Below are positions 48,262 to 59,112 of a stretch of DNA of 64,000 bases, in pieces (position 1 is the stretch's first letter; every line of letters starts with the position of its first letter). The position numbers and the translations under genes were made by a program. The stretch comes from Acidobacteriota bacterium (GTDB lineage: Bacteria > Acidobacteriota > UBA6911 > RPQK01 > JAJDTT01). The stretch lies in the NCBI GenBank assembly GCA_965217775.1, contig CBDCJH010000002.1, forward strand, positions 64,001 through 128,000. The letters run 5' to 3'. Under the pieces are notes generated by a model. It ran no database searches, had not been told where the DNA came from, and saw nothing but the letters and a program-made list of their open reading frames with translations.

Positions 48262-48290
48262 CGGTTGCCGCAAGCTTGGATTGCAGCGGA

Positions 48291-49940
<1,650 letters not shown>

Positions 49941-49995
49941 CTAAGAATTGTGGGGATCGCTGCTGTTTGCGGTGAATAAGACCGGTTCAGGCAAC

Positions 49996-50286
49996 CTAGC
50001 CCTCCAGGATGCCCAGGACTTCGGCCTCGGCCATGATCAGGTACTCCTCGTCGTCGAGGGTGACTTCGGTTCCGGCGTACTTCCCGAAAAGGACCCGATC
50101 GCCAACCTTGACCGACATGGGCTGACGCTCGCCGTTGTCGAGCACCTTTCCGTCACCGACCGCCACGATCTCACCCTCCTGGGGCTTCTCCTTCGCCGTA
50201 TCGGGAATTACGATGCCCCCGCGGAATGCTTCTTCCGACTCGATGCGCCTGATCAGTATCCGGTCCTGCAATGGCTTGATTGACAT
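49996..50286 (-). CDS. groS: Co-chaperonin GroES
   Basis: KPLQDRIL, GGIVIPDTAKEKPQEG, VKVGDRVLFGKYAG. Confidence 0.98.
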   Translation of the reverse strand: MSIKPLQDRILIRRIESEEAFRGGIVIPDTAKEKPQEGEIVAVGDGKVLDNGERQPMSVKVGDRVLFGKYAGTEVTLDDEEYLIMAEAEVLGILEG

Positions 50287-50372
50287 CCGTACCCTCCTGT
50301 TGAATCGTGTATCCTTGGTTTGCGGATTTCGGGCCTCAAACCACTCGAGGCCCTATGGTCTGGGGATTTACT

Positions 50373-50399
50373 CTGGCACTCTTACTCTAAGAGTGCCAA
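50373..50399. promoter_or_regulatory. CIRCE element (HrcA operator)
   Basis: CTGGCACTC-N9-GAGTGCCAA versus consensus TTAGCACTC-N9-GAGTGCTAA, upstream of groS. Confidence 0.92.
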
Positions 50400-50429
50400 A
50401 TCATAGCAAGAGGGCCGATTGCCGGTCAA
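50400..50429 (-). promoter_or_regulatory. Sigma70 promoter of groSL
   Basis: Minus strand TTGACC, 18-bp spacer, extended TGn-TATGAT, abutting CIRCE. Confidence 0.75.
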
Positions 50430-50600
50430 GAGCGCTCCCCGAAAATGTCAAATCGGCGTCCGGTTGGGAGAGTCCTTCGGGAAAGCCCACCGATCGGCCG
50501 ACGGCAAACGTTTCCTTTGAACGGATGTCGAGATGTGACTAGAATGTGTTCGCCGGGGAGGCGGAGCTTTTCCGGCTCGACCCCTGAACGAAACTGTTGA

Positions 50601-50767
50601 CTAGGAGGCTGCGCGGTAGAAATGATCGTAGCGAGAAAGTGGGGAATCGAGGCCAGATTTTCTCGATTTTGAGGTGCGTAGTTGTTCTATTCGCCGAGAA
50701 ATCGGGGAAATCTGGACCGATTCTACCGCTTTCGCAGTAGATCAATTTCTGCGGCGCAGGCTCCTAG
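50601..50767. mobile_element. ~167-bp fold-back MITE with CTAG ends
   Basis: CTAGGAGGCTGCGC...GCGCAGGCTCCTAG with nested complementary arms along its length. Confidence 0.7.
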
Positions 50768-50806
50768 CGGCCCTCGGGGCCGCGAATCCCTGAAGGAGAA
50801 ACGACT

Positions 50807-51700
50807 TTGGCTGAAATGAGGACCCTGGATCTCAAAGGCGTTACCAAGGTGAACCGCGGAAAGGTTCGCGAAATCTTCGGTTTGGACGGCCACCTGCTGC
50901 TGGTGGCGACCGACCGCATCTCGGCATTCGACGTGGTGCTCCCCACCGTGATTCCCGACAAGGGGAAGGTCCTGAACCAGTTGTCCGCATTCTGGTTCTC
51001 CCTGTTGGACGATCTGGTGGACAATCACATGGTGTCGATCTCGGTCCGGGAGTTTCCGCGCCAGTTGCATCCCTTCCAGGATCAACTCCGCGGCCGTTCC
51101 ATGCTGGTTCGGCGGTGCGATCCGTTGCCGGTGGAGTGCGTCGTGCGAGGCTTCATGGCGGGATCGGGCTGGAAGGAGTACCAGGTCGACGGCACCATCT
51201 GCGGCATCCCGCTTCCCCCGGGTCTGGGGGAGTCGGACGAGCTTCCCGAGCCCATCTTCACTCCGGCGACCAAGGCGAAGACGGGCCACGACGAGAACAT
51301 AACGTTCGAGAGGTGCGTCGAGATCATCGGTGAGGATCTGGCCTGCCGGGTTCGGGATCTGAGTCTCGCCATCTACAGCCGCGCCCGGGATTACGCCCTG
51401 GAACGAGGCATCATCATTTGCGACACCAAGTTCGAATTCGGCTTGGACGGTTCCGACCTGCTTCTCATCGACGAGGTGCTGACTCCCGATTCGTCGCGTT
51501 TCTGGCCGGCCGAGTCGTACCAGCCGGGAGGATCTCAACCTTCCTTCGACAAGCAGTACGTCCGGGATTACCTGGAGACGCTGGATTGGGACAAGACCCC
51601 GCCCGGGCCCACGCTTCCGGACCGGATCGGAGCGGCGACCTCGGATCGGTATCTTGAGGCTTTTCTTCGGCTCACCGGTGAGCATCTGAAGACAAATTGA
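50807..51700 (+). CDS. purC: Phosphoribosylaminoimidazole-succinocarboxamide synthase
   Basis: GKVRE, TDRISAFD, ECVVRG, DTKFEFG, DEVLTPDSSRFW, FDKQ; AAGGAG RBS. Confidence 0.96.
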   Translation: MAEMRTLDLKGVTKVNRGKVREIFGLDGHLLLVATDRISAFDVVLPTVIPDKGKVLNQLSAFWFSLLDDLVDNHMVSISVREFPRQLHPFQDQLRGRSMLVRRCDPLPVECVVRGFMAGSGWKEYQVDGTICGIPLPPGLGESDELPEPIFTPATKAKTGHDENITFERCVEIIGEDLACRVRDLSLAIYSRARDYALERGIIICDTKFEFGLDGSDLLLIDEVLTPDSSRFWPAESYQPGGSQPSFDKQYVRDYLETLDWDKTPPGPTLPDRIGAATSDRYLEAFLRLTGEHLKTN

Positions 51701-52590
51701 AGGTTTTCGCCGACCTTCATATCCATTCCCATCATTCCAGTGACGGGGAGTGGACCGTCCCCCGCATTTTTGCCCAGGCTCGCCGAGTGGGCCTCGATGT
51801 TTTCTCCATCTCGGACCACGATACCGTGGCTGCTCTGGAAGAGGCGTTCACCCTGGCCGAGGACTTTCCGGGAGAGTATCTGGCCAACGTTGAGATCAGC
51901 GTCCGGCACCAGGGCGTGGGGCTCCACCTGCTTGCCCCTCTGGTGGACTGGCACGACCGCCCGCTTCTGGATCTGCTGGCCCGCATCAGGCTGAGTCGCG
52001 TTCGGCAAAACGAGATCCGGGTCGGCCGGCTCCACGCTCTCGGATTCGATATTCGATATGAGGATGTGCGGGAGGCTCTGGGATCGGTCCCGGTGACCGG
52101 TCCAGCCATCGCCTCGGTGGTCCTCTCCAAGGGTGCGAACCGCAACCACGCCCTGATGGATCGGATCCCGGCCGGTAGTGCTCTCAGTCCGGAGATCGAC
52201 TTCTACAAGTTCTTTTTCCTTCCCGGAGGTGCGGCTTACGCTGCCAAGGAGACTGTGTCCCTGTCCCGGGCGATCGCCACCGTCAGGGCTGCGGGAGGAG
52301 TCCCGGTTCTGGCCCATCCAGGCCTGAAGCGAGACGTGGTGGACGAAGAGTGGAGCCGCGGCGTGAGGGACTTGGGACTGGAGGGGATCGAGGCGTACAG
52401 CTCATATCATACCGAGGAGACTTGTCGATACTATGTGGAGGTCGGACGCCGGTTGGATCTGGTGGTCACTTCGGGGAGTGATTTCCACGGCCGCCTCAAG
52501 CCTCACGTAGCGTTCGGAGACGTTCCCGAGAGTCCCGCCGAAATGCTGGATCGACTGAAGGAACGCCGCCAGAGGGTGGCACATGGGTGA
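51697..52590 (+). CDS. PHP-domain phosphoesterase (TrpH/YciV-like)
   Basis: DLHIHSHHSSDG, SDHDT, LAHP, GSDFHG. Confidence 0.9.
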   Translation: MKVFADLHIHSHHSSDGEWTVPRIFAQARRVGLDVFSISDHDTVAALEEAFTLAEDFPGEYLANVEISVRHQGVGLHLLAPLVDWHDRPLLDLLARIRLSRVRQNEIRVGRLHALGFDIRYEDVREALGSVPVTGPAIASVVLSKGANRNHALMDRIPAGSALSPEIDFYKFFFLPGGAAYAAKETVSLSRAIATVRAAGGVPVLAHPGLKRDVVDEEWSRGVRDLGLEGIEAYSSYHTEETCRYYVEVGRRLDLVVTSGSDFHGRLKPHVAFGDVPESPAEMLDRLKERRQRVAHG

Positions 52591-53134
52591 TCTCAAGATC
52601 CTGGATATCCTGGCCCTTGCCATCGTGGCCGTTTCGTTCGTCACCGCGTTGGTGAAGGGACTGATCCGTGAACTGATCGCCCTGGCGGCTGCCATATCGG
52701 GCCTCCTGCTCGCGGTCTACTACTTTGCCGAGGTGTCACCAGTGCTCGAACAGATCGGCATCGGGACACTCCTTTCCGAACTCCTGGCCTTCGTGGGCAT
52801 CTTTCTGGGCTGCATCATTGCCGGGTCTCTTCTGTCATCCTTCCTGAATCGCTTCATTTCCGCTCTGAACATGAAGTGGATCGATCGTCTCCTGGGAGGA
52901 CTTTTCGGTCTGCTCAGAGGATGGTTGATCGTGGCCGTGATCTTTCTGGCCTTGACCGTTTTTCCGATCAGTAATGACCTGGTGAGCGGCACGGTGACCG
53001 GCGAGTACTTTCTCGTGGTCACCCAAAAGCTCGTGGAGCTCTCGACTCCGGAGTCCTTCCAGGAGCGGTTTCAGAAGGAGTACGATCGAATCTACCAGTA
53101 CTGGCTGCAGCGGAGCGCCGACGAGAAATCGTGA
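52583..53134 (+). CDS. cvpA: CvpA family membrane protein
   Basis: KGLIRE and DRLLGGLFGLLRG; four TM helices; purine-gene neighbourhood. Confidence 0.85.
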   Translation: MGDLKILDILALAIVAVSFVTALVKGLIRELIALAAAISGLLLAVYYFAEVSPVLEQIGIGTLLSELLAFVGIFLGCIIAGSLLSSFLNRFISALNMKWIDRLLGGLFGLLRGWLIVAVIFLALTVFPISNDLVSGTVTGEYFLVVTQKLVELSTPESFQERFQKEYDRIYQYWLQRSADEKS

Positions 53135-53199
53135 AGAACTCTACTTTTCGGCGTTGCGTTCAGCACCGATGGCGGACTCGCCCGGTCCGGGCATGACCC

Positions 53200-53433
53200 A
53201 TGGCCAGCGACGATCAGCTTCCCATAAAGGACAGGCTGGAAGCGATCGCCGACGAACTGGTGGCCAAGGGGATCCTCTGGCGGGAGGCGGCGCAACAGTT
53301 CGAGAAACTCTTCATCCAGCGTTCCTTGGACCAGACCGGCGGCAAGATCGGATCTGCGGCCCGGCTGATGGGCATGCACCGGAACACGCTCGCGGCCAAG
53401 ATCCGGAAGCACCGCATCAATAAAAAGAGATGA
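53200..53433 (+). CDS. Fis-type HTH_8 small DNA-binding protein
   Basis: FEKLFIQRSL...AARLMGMHRNTL. Confidence 0.85.
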   Translation: MASDDQLPIKDRLEAIADELVAKGILWREAAQQFEKLFIQRSLDQTGGKIGSAARLMGMHRNTLAAKIRKHRINKKR

Positions 53434-53463
53434 TGAGCGGTGAGGACCGCTTATTGAGAATTT

Positions 53464-53553
53464 GAGCGGCGGTTTCCAGCCGCCGAATTCCGGAGCGGCG
53501 GTTTCCAACCGCCGGACTCCCAAAGGGGAATGGGCGATTGGAAATCGCCCCTC
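53464..53553. repeat. GGAG-type REP cluster between convergent genes
   Basis: GAGCGGCGGTTTCCAGCCGCCG, GGAGCGGCGGTTTCCAACCGCCG and inverted GGGCGATTGGAAATCGCCCCTCC. Confidence 0.75.
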
Positions 53554-56500
53554 CTACCCTTCCGTGAGGCGCACCGCCAAGACCTGAGAGATCCCAGGTT
53601 CTTCCATCGTGACCCCGTAGAGTGAATCGGCCATTTCGATGGTCCGCTTGTTGTGGCTCACCAGGATGAACTGAGTCTCTTGGGACATGTCCCGGATCAG
53701 GCGGACGAATCGCTCCACGTTGGTATCGTCCAGAGCGGCATCGACTTCGTCCAGGACGCAGAAGCGGCTGGGGCGGTACCTGAACAGAGCCACCAGAAAA
53801 GCAACGGCGGTGAGCGTCTGTTCTCCACCCGAGAGTTGAGAGAGGTACTGCACCTTCTTGCCGGGCGGTTGGGCAAAGAGGTCGATGCCGCTCTCCAACA
53901 CGTCCTCTTCGTCGATCAGCTTCATGCCGCTGGTTCCGCCGTCGAACAGCTTGCGGAAGGTTTCGTGGAAGTGGGTGTTGACGGAGTCGAAGGCCTTTTT
54001 GAACTTCTCCCGGCTGTGACGGTTGATTTCCTGGATCGCCCTGGTCGTGTCGGCAATGGATCGTTCCAGGTCTTCCCGTTGCCCGCTGAGGTAGCTGTGC
54101 CGCTCCTCGTTGTCCTGGTACTGCTCCAGAGCCGTCATGTTGACCGGCCCGAATTTTTCCAGCTTGGATCTGAGTTCCAGGTACCGGTCGGAGACCCGGG
54201 CACCGTCCTCAACCGCAGTCACCCCTTCCATGATCGATTCGAGCGGTTCCTGGAGGTCTTCCTGGCATTGCCGGGACAGATTCTCCAACCGGGTTTCCAA
54301 TCGGGCCCTCCGGACCTCCTTGTCTGAACTCTCCTCCTGCAACTGCTGCTGTTCCTGTCGTAGCGCCTGAAGCCGGGTCTCGAGACCTCGCCGGTCGCTC
54401 CGGTACTCGTCGTATTCCCGGCGGTCGTTCGCCTCGGCAGTCGACAGCCGAACGGCCTCGGCTTGGCACGTCTCGAAGGTCTTCTCCAGGTTCTCCAGTT
54501 CCAGGGTCAGCGTCTTCAGCCGCTTCTCTCCGTCCGCCTTCTGTGCCTCCGTCTCGTGCAGCCGGAATGCCAGAGACTTCAGGCGGGCTTCCGATCTGGA
54601 GAGCGAGTCCTCGACGGATCTTGCCTTCTCCTCGATCACCCGTTCTTCGGCTGCGCTGCGGTGCAGCTGTTCCCGGGATTCGGAGAACTGGCTTCTTGCC
54701 TGGATCAACAACTCGGTCGCTTCACCCAGCTCGGCATCGACCTGCCGAGCCAGATCCTCCTTCCCGGTCAGGGTCTCGGAGGTAGCCTGCGCGCCATCGT
54801 CCTCGCTCGATTCCTCTTCTCGGAGTTGAGTTTCCTCAAACGCCAAGACCTTCAAGGCTCGACGGTGATGCTCCAGATCGCGCCGTGCCTGTTCCTCCTG
54901 CAACTCCAGCTGCAGGACGTCTTTCTCAGTCTGATGAAGCGTCTGTTGGAACTTGCGGGCCGCGCTCGAGGTCTCCCGGATACGTTCCCGCAGTTCCCCT
55001 TCGCGCCGGGCCAGACGGTTCACTCGAGCCTTCGCCCGGGCCAGCTTCTTCTCCAGATCGGCCTTCTCTCGACGAAAGGAGAGCAGGCCGCCTCCGGGTC
55101 GTCCGGCCCGGCTCACCGAGAGCAGCCCACCCGGCGCAAGGGCCTCGCCGTGGACGGTGAGAAACGTTCTCGACGGATAGCGGTGAGACAACGTAAAGGC
55201 ACGGTCCAGATCGGATACCACCACCGCATCCGCCCGCTCCGGGAGGACCCGGCGAAACGCCTTGCGGACCGGAGGTTCCAAGGTCAGGAGATCCCCAAGG
55301 GTTCCCACCACCCCCTTCTCGGCCGCCAGTTGCTTTCCGCCGTTCCGGGCGGGCTCCGAAAACCCGTTGGCCTTCAAGCTCAGGAAGGTGCATCTTCCAC
55401 CGTCCAACGCTCTGAGTTCGGAGACTCCGCCGACCGCCTGCTGGAAGGAATCCACCAGAACGAACTCCAATTCCTGTTGCAGGAACTGTTCCACCAGGCG
55501 TTCGAATTCGGGGCTGATTCGGGCAAAATCGGCAAGCGTTCCCGACACGGGCACCGAACTGCTGCGGAGATGGCGGAGGGCCTTGGCCACTCCCTCGCTG
55601 TAAAGGGAGTGGCTGACTTCCAATTCTTCCAGGGATTGAAGCCGCCCTCGCCCGCTGATCCATCCTTCCCGGGCCTCGGCCAATTCGCCCCGAACTTGCG
55701 CCAGTTCTCTCTCCAGCTTCCGGCGCTCCTCCTCGTTGGTCTCGAGCCGGCCCCGGACCGCGCCCGCCTCTTCGCGGCGGCGGGAACCGGTCAGTTGCCG
55801 CTTCTGAAGCCGTTCCCGAGCCTGCTCCATTCCCGATTCGTGACCCGCCCGCTCCCGTTCCAGGCGGGACCGCTGGATTTTGATCGATTCCACGTGCTGG
55901 AATGCCCGGTCTCTGGCATTCCGAAGCCGGGTCAGTTCGGCCGAAAGTTCCAGATGGCGGGCTCGGAGCTGCTCGACTCTCTTCTCCGCGGCTTCCAGCC
56001 GAGCCTTGCACTCGTCCGCGACCTGGGTGTGAAGGGTGAGGCGGCTGGCGACGAGCGGCCGCTCTGCTTTCAAGCTCGCGTCTTCCGCCCGGAGAATCCG
56101 GTGCTCCGACTCGATCGTTTCCAGCGACTTGAGCAACTCCTGGCGGTTCCGCCCGTGTGTGTCCAGGAGCCGTCGTGTCGATTCGATCTGCTGGCCGCAA
56201 AAGCGGATCGAATTCCGAGTCCGGTCCAGTTCCAATCGAGCGCCGGTGCTTTTTTCTCTCAGCTCCGACAGCCTGTTTTCCAGATCCTCCATTCGTTCCG
56301 AAATCTCTTGGAGAGTCCGTTCCCGATTCCGGATGTCAGAGGTCACTTCGGTCAGTGCCGGACCCAGGCGCGCCTGCGCCGCTTTCACTTCGGCCAGGCT
56401 GACGACGATTTCATATGCCTCCAAGCCGAAGCGCCGCTGTTGAACCTCCCGGAACTCCTTCTTCAACTCCTGGTGCCGCCGGGCCTTGGCCGCCTGCCGT

Positions 56501-57138
56501 TTGAGGGAACGGAGTTGGCGCTCCACCTCGCTCAGGATGTCGTCGATGCGGAGCAGGTTCCGGCGAGCCATTTCCAGCTTGAGTTCGGCGTTCCGGCGCC
56601 GGGCCTTGTAACCGCCGATTCCGGCGGCTTCCTCGATGATGGCGCGGCGATCCAGAGATCCGGAGTTGAGAAACCCCTCCACCCGGCCCTGGCGGATCAG
56701 GGCATAGGAGCCGAGCCCCAGGCCGATACGCTCCAGCAGAGCCTCGACGTCCTTCAATCGGCAGCGGTTTCCATTGATGAAATAGGCGCTGTCCCCGGAC
56801 CTGTAGAGTCTGCGCATGACGGACACGGAGGGTCCGTCCGCCTCGAGACCGTTGAACGCAATGCTCGTCTCGTCTTCCCGGGAGAGGGTGAGAGTGGCCT
56901 CCATCATTCCCGAGGGCCGCCGCTTGCTGGTCCCGTTGAAGATGAAATCGTCCATCCTCCGGCCCCGCAGGCGATGGGCGCCGACCATTCCCAGAACCCA
57001 GGAGAGGGCGTCTGTCAGATTGGACTTGCCGCAGCCGTTGGGTCCGACGACGATGGTGATCCCATCTTCGAACAGCACCCGGGTCCGGTTGGCGAATGAC
57101 TTGAATCCCAGTATTTCCAGCGAATCCAGACGCGGCAT
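53554..57138 (-). CDS. smc: Chromosome segregation protein SMC
   Basis: GFKSF, GPNGCGKSN, long coiled coils, hinge, LSGGE, LDEVDAALD; start at ATG 57138 with RBS. Confidence 0.95.
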   Translation of the reverse strand: MPRLDSLEILGFKSFANRTRVLFEDGITIVVGPNGCGKSNLTDALSWVLGMVGAHRLRGRRMDDFIFNGTSKRRPSGMMEATLTLSREDETSIAFNGLEADGPSVSVMRRLYRSGDSAYFINGNRCRLKDVEALLERIGLGLGSYALIRQGRVEGFLNSGSLDRRAIIEEAAGIGGYKARRRNAELKLEMARRNLLRIDDILSEVERQLRSLKRQAAKARRHQELKKEFREVQQRRFGLEAYEIVVSLAEVKAAQARLGPALTEVTSDIRNRERTLQEISERMEDLENRLSELREKSTGARLELDRTRNSIRFCGQQIESTRRLLDTHGRNRQELLKSLETIESEHRILRAEDASLKAERPLVASRLTLHTQVADECKARLEAAEKRVEQLRARHLELSAELTRLRNARDRAFQHVESIKIQRSRLERERAGHESGMEQARERLQKRQLTGSRRREEAGAVRGRLETNEEERRKLERELAQVRGELAEAREGWISGRGRLQSLEELEVSHSLYSEGVAKALRHLRSSSVPVSGTLADFARISPEFERLVEQFLQQELEFVLVDSFQQAVGGVSELRALDGGRCTFLSLKANGFSEPARNGGKQLAAEKGVVGTLGDLLTLEPPVRKAFRRVLPERADAVVVSDLDRAFTLSHRYPSRTFLTVHGEALAPGGLLSVSRAGRPGGGLLSFRREKADLEKKLARAKARVNRLARREGELRERIRETSSAARKFQQTLHQTEKDVLQLELQEEQARRDLEHHRRALKVLAFEETQLREEESSEDDGAQATSETLTGKEDLARQVDAELGEATELLIQARSQFSESREQLHRSAAEERVIEEKARSVEDSLSRSEARLKSLAFRLHETEAQKADGEKRLKTLTLELENLEKTFETCQAEAVRLSTAEANDRREYDEYRSDRRGLETRLQALRQEQQQLQEESSDKEVRRARLETRLENLSRQCQEDLQEPLESIMEGVTAVEDGARVSDRYLELRSKLEKFGPVNMTALEQYQDNEERHSYLSGQREDLERSIADTTRAIQEINRHSREKFKKAFDSVNTHFHETFRKLFDGGTSGMKLIDEEDVLESGIDLFAQPPGKKVQYLSQLSGGEQTLTAVAFLVALFRYRPSRFCVLDEVDAALDDTNVERFVRLIRDMSQETQFILVSHNKRTIEMADSLYGVTMEEPGISQVLAVRLTEG

Positions 57139-57240
57139 GACCCCTCTCAACGTATGCTATGATGACCGCCGACCCTGACACGCGGATATTCTTTTTCGTA
57201 CGCCCGCGTGCGGGTTTGCTTCATCGGTTTCGGCGTGACC

Positions 57241-59088
57241 ATGGGGATAGAAGGATCATTCGGAGGAAGGGGCCGCGGGGCCATCCTGAAGAGCCTCCTG
57301 GCTGGAATTCTCCTGGCCGGTTCCGCCGTCGCCCAACCCATTGGACTCTATCCTCTCGAGCAGGTCAGACCGGGCCAGAAGGGATACGGAAAGACCGTTT
57401 TCCACGGTAACAAAGTCGAGAAATTCGACGTCGAGATTCTGGGAGTCCTGGAAAAGTTCGAGCCCCGAAGAAACCTGATTCTGGTGCGGGTCTCGGGAGG
57501 TCAGTTGGATCGGACCGGTGTGTTTGCCGGAATGAGCGGCAGCCCGGTCTACATCGAAGAGAAGCTGGTCGGCGCCATCGCCTACTCCTTTCCCTTCGCC
57601 AAGGAGCCGATCGCGGGAGTGACGCCGATTCAGGAAACCGTCGACGTCTTCAAGGAGATCCATCGACTTCAGGCGCCCCCCTCTCCCGAAGGACCCCGGA
57701 CCGACATTCTGCTGGAGTCCGCGCAACTCAAGCTTCCCGATTACCTGCCTCCGTTCGCGCCGCTCGAGTTCGAGGCCGAACTGCCGGGCTTGGCCAGCCT
57801 CTCCCCTTTTCGCCTGACCCGTATCGCCACCCCCGTCAATACATCCGGATTCCCGGGGCGGGCGGTGGATTACTTCCGGGAGACGTTTCGCCGCTTGGGC
57901 CTGGTGCCGGTGCAGGGCGCCGGCGGCGCCAAGACCAGCCACTTTTCCCAGGCTCCACTGGAACCGGGTTCCAGCATCAGCGTCGAGTTGGCTCGGGGCG
58001 ACGTCAGCCTCAGCGCCAGCGGCACCGTCACCCATATCAGCGGGAACAAGATCTACGCATTCGGCCATCCCTTCCTGAATCTGGGCTACACCGACATGCC
58101 CATGAGTCAGGCCGCCGTTCTGACCATCATTCCGCAACTGAATACCAGCCACAAGGTCGCGGCGGCCACCCGGATGGTGGGGGCCGTGAAGCAGGACAGA
58201 GCCACCGGCATCATGGGGGTGAGCGGTAGCGACGCTCGACTGATCCCGGTGCATCTCAAGGTCAGGACCAGCCGGAACCAGGATCGCGAATACGCCTACG
58301 AGACCATCCGGGACAGCTTTCTGACCCCCTTCATACTCACCTTTTCGGTCTACAGCAGCCTGATCTCTTCGGAGAAGGGGCTCGGTGACCAGACGCTGCG
58401 GATCAAGAGCACCGTCAGCATCGCCGAGCATCCCGAGGTGGTGTTCGAGAACAACATCGCGCGTCCTTCAAACAACCCTGTCGCCGCGGCGGTGGCGGCG
58501 GCGGCGCCCGCCCATTTGCTGCTCAACAGCGGTTTTGAGCAGTTGGAAGTGGAGCGGGTCCGTATCGAGATCGAGGCGGTGGAGCAGATCTGGGAGGCGA
58601 CTCTGGAGAAGGTCTGGCAGGATAAACTGGAGGCCCGGCCCGGCGAAGAAGTGAACCTGACGGTCTTTCTCAGAAAGTTCAACGGAGAGACCATTGTCGA
58701 GAAGTTTCCCGTCAAGATTCCCGACGACATTCTTCCCGGTCCTCTCAAGATCATGATCGGCGACGGCCTGTCTCTGGCCAAGTCGGACGCGGAGTCGAAC
58801 CAGGGCCGATTCATACCCGAGAACGTGCGCCAACTGGTGAGGGCCATCAACAACCTGAAGAAGAACGACCGGCTTTATGTCCGGCTGTTCCGAGACCGCC
58901 CCAGCACCGTCGTGGATGGGGAAAGACTCTCCGATCTGCCGCCCTCCTTCCTGGCTCTCTATACCTCTCGGAAGACATCGGGAGACGTGCGGGCCGTGGA
59001 TCGGGCCGTCTACGTGGAGCATGAGCTGCAAGCGACCGAATACGTCCTCCAAGGTCAGCGTGTCATCCAGGTGGAGGTCAAGAGCTAG
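57241..59088 (+). CDS. SpoIVB peptidase S55-domain protein
   Basis: GYGKTVF, AGMSGSPVY, GVTPI, FGHPF; signal peptide. Confidence 0.85.
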   Translation: MGIEGSFGGRGRGAILKSLLAGILLAGSAVAQPIGLYPLEQVRPGQKGYGKTVFHGNKVEKFDVEILGVLEKFEPRRNLILVRVSGGQLDRTGVFAGMSGSPVYIEEKLVGAIAYSFPFAKEPIAGVTPIQETVDVFKEIHRLQAPPSPEGPRTDILLESAQLKLPDYLPPFAPLEFEAELPGLASLSPFRLTRIATPVNTSGFPGRAVDYFRETFRRLGLVPVQGAGGAKTSHFSQAPLEPGSSISVELARGDVSLSASGTVTHISGNKIYAFGHPFLNLGYTDMPMSQAAVLTIIPQLNTSHKVAAATRMVGAVKQDRATGIMGVSGSDARLIPVHLKVRTSRNQDREYAYETIRDSFLTPFILTFSVYSSLISSEKGLGDQTLRIKSTVSIAEHPEVVFENNIARPSNNPVAAAVAAAAPAHLLLNSGFEQLEVERVRIEIEAVEQIWEATLEKVWQDKLEARPGEEVNLTVFLRKFNGETIVEKFPVKIPDDILPGPLKIMIGDGLSLAKSDAESNQGRFIPENVRQLVRAINNLKKNDRLYVRLFRDRPSTVVDGERLSDLPPSFLALYTSRKTSGDVRAVDRAVYVEHELQATEYVLQGQRVIQVEVKS

Positions 59089-59112
59089 GAGTCCTAGGAG
59101 TCTGCGTTTCTC

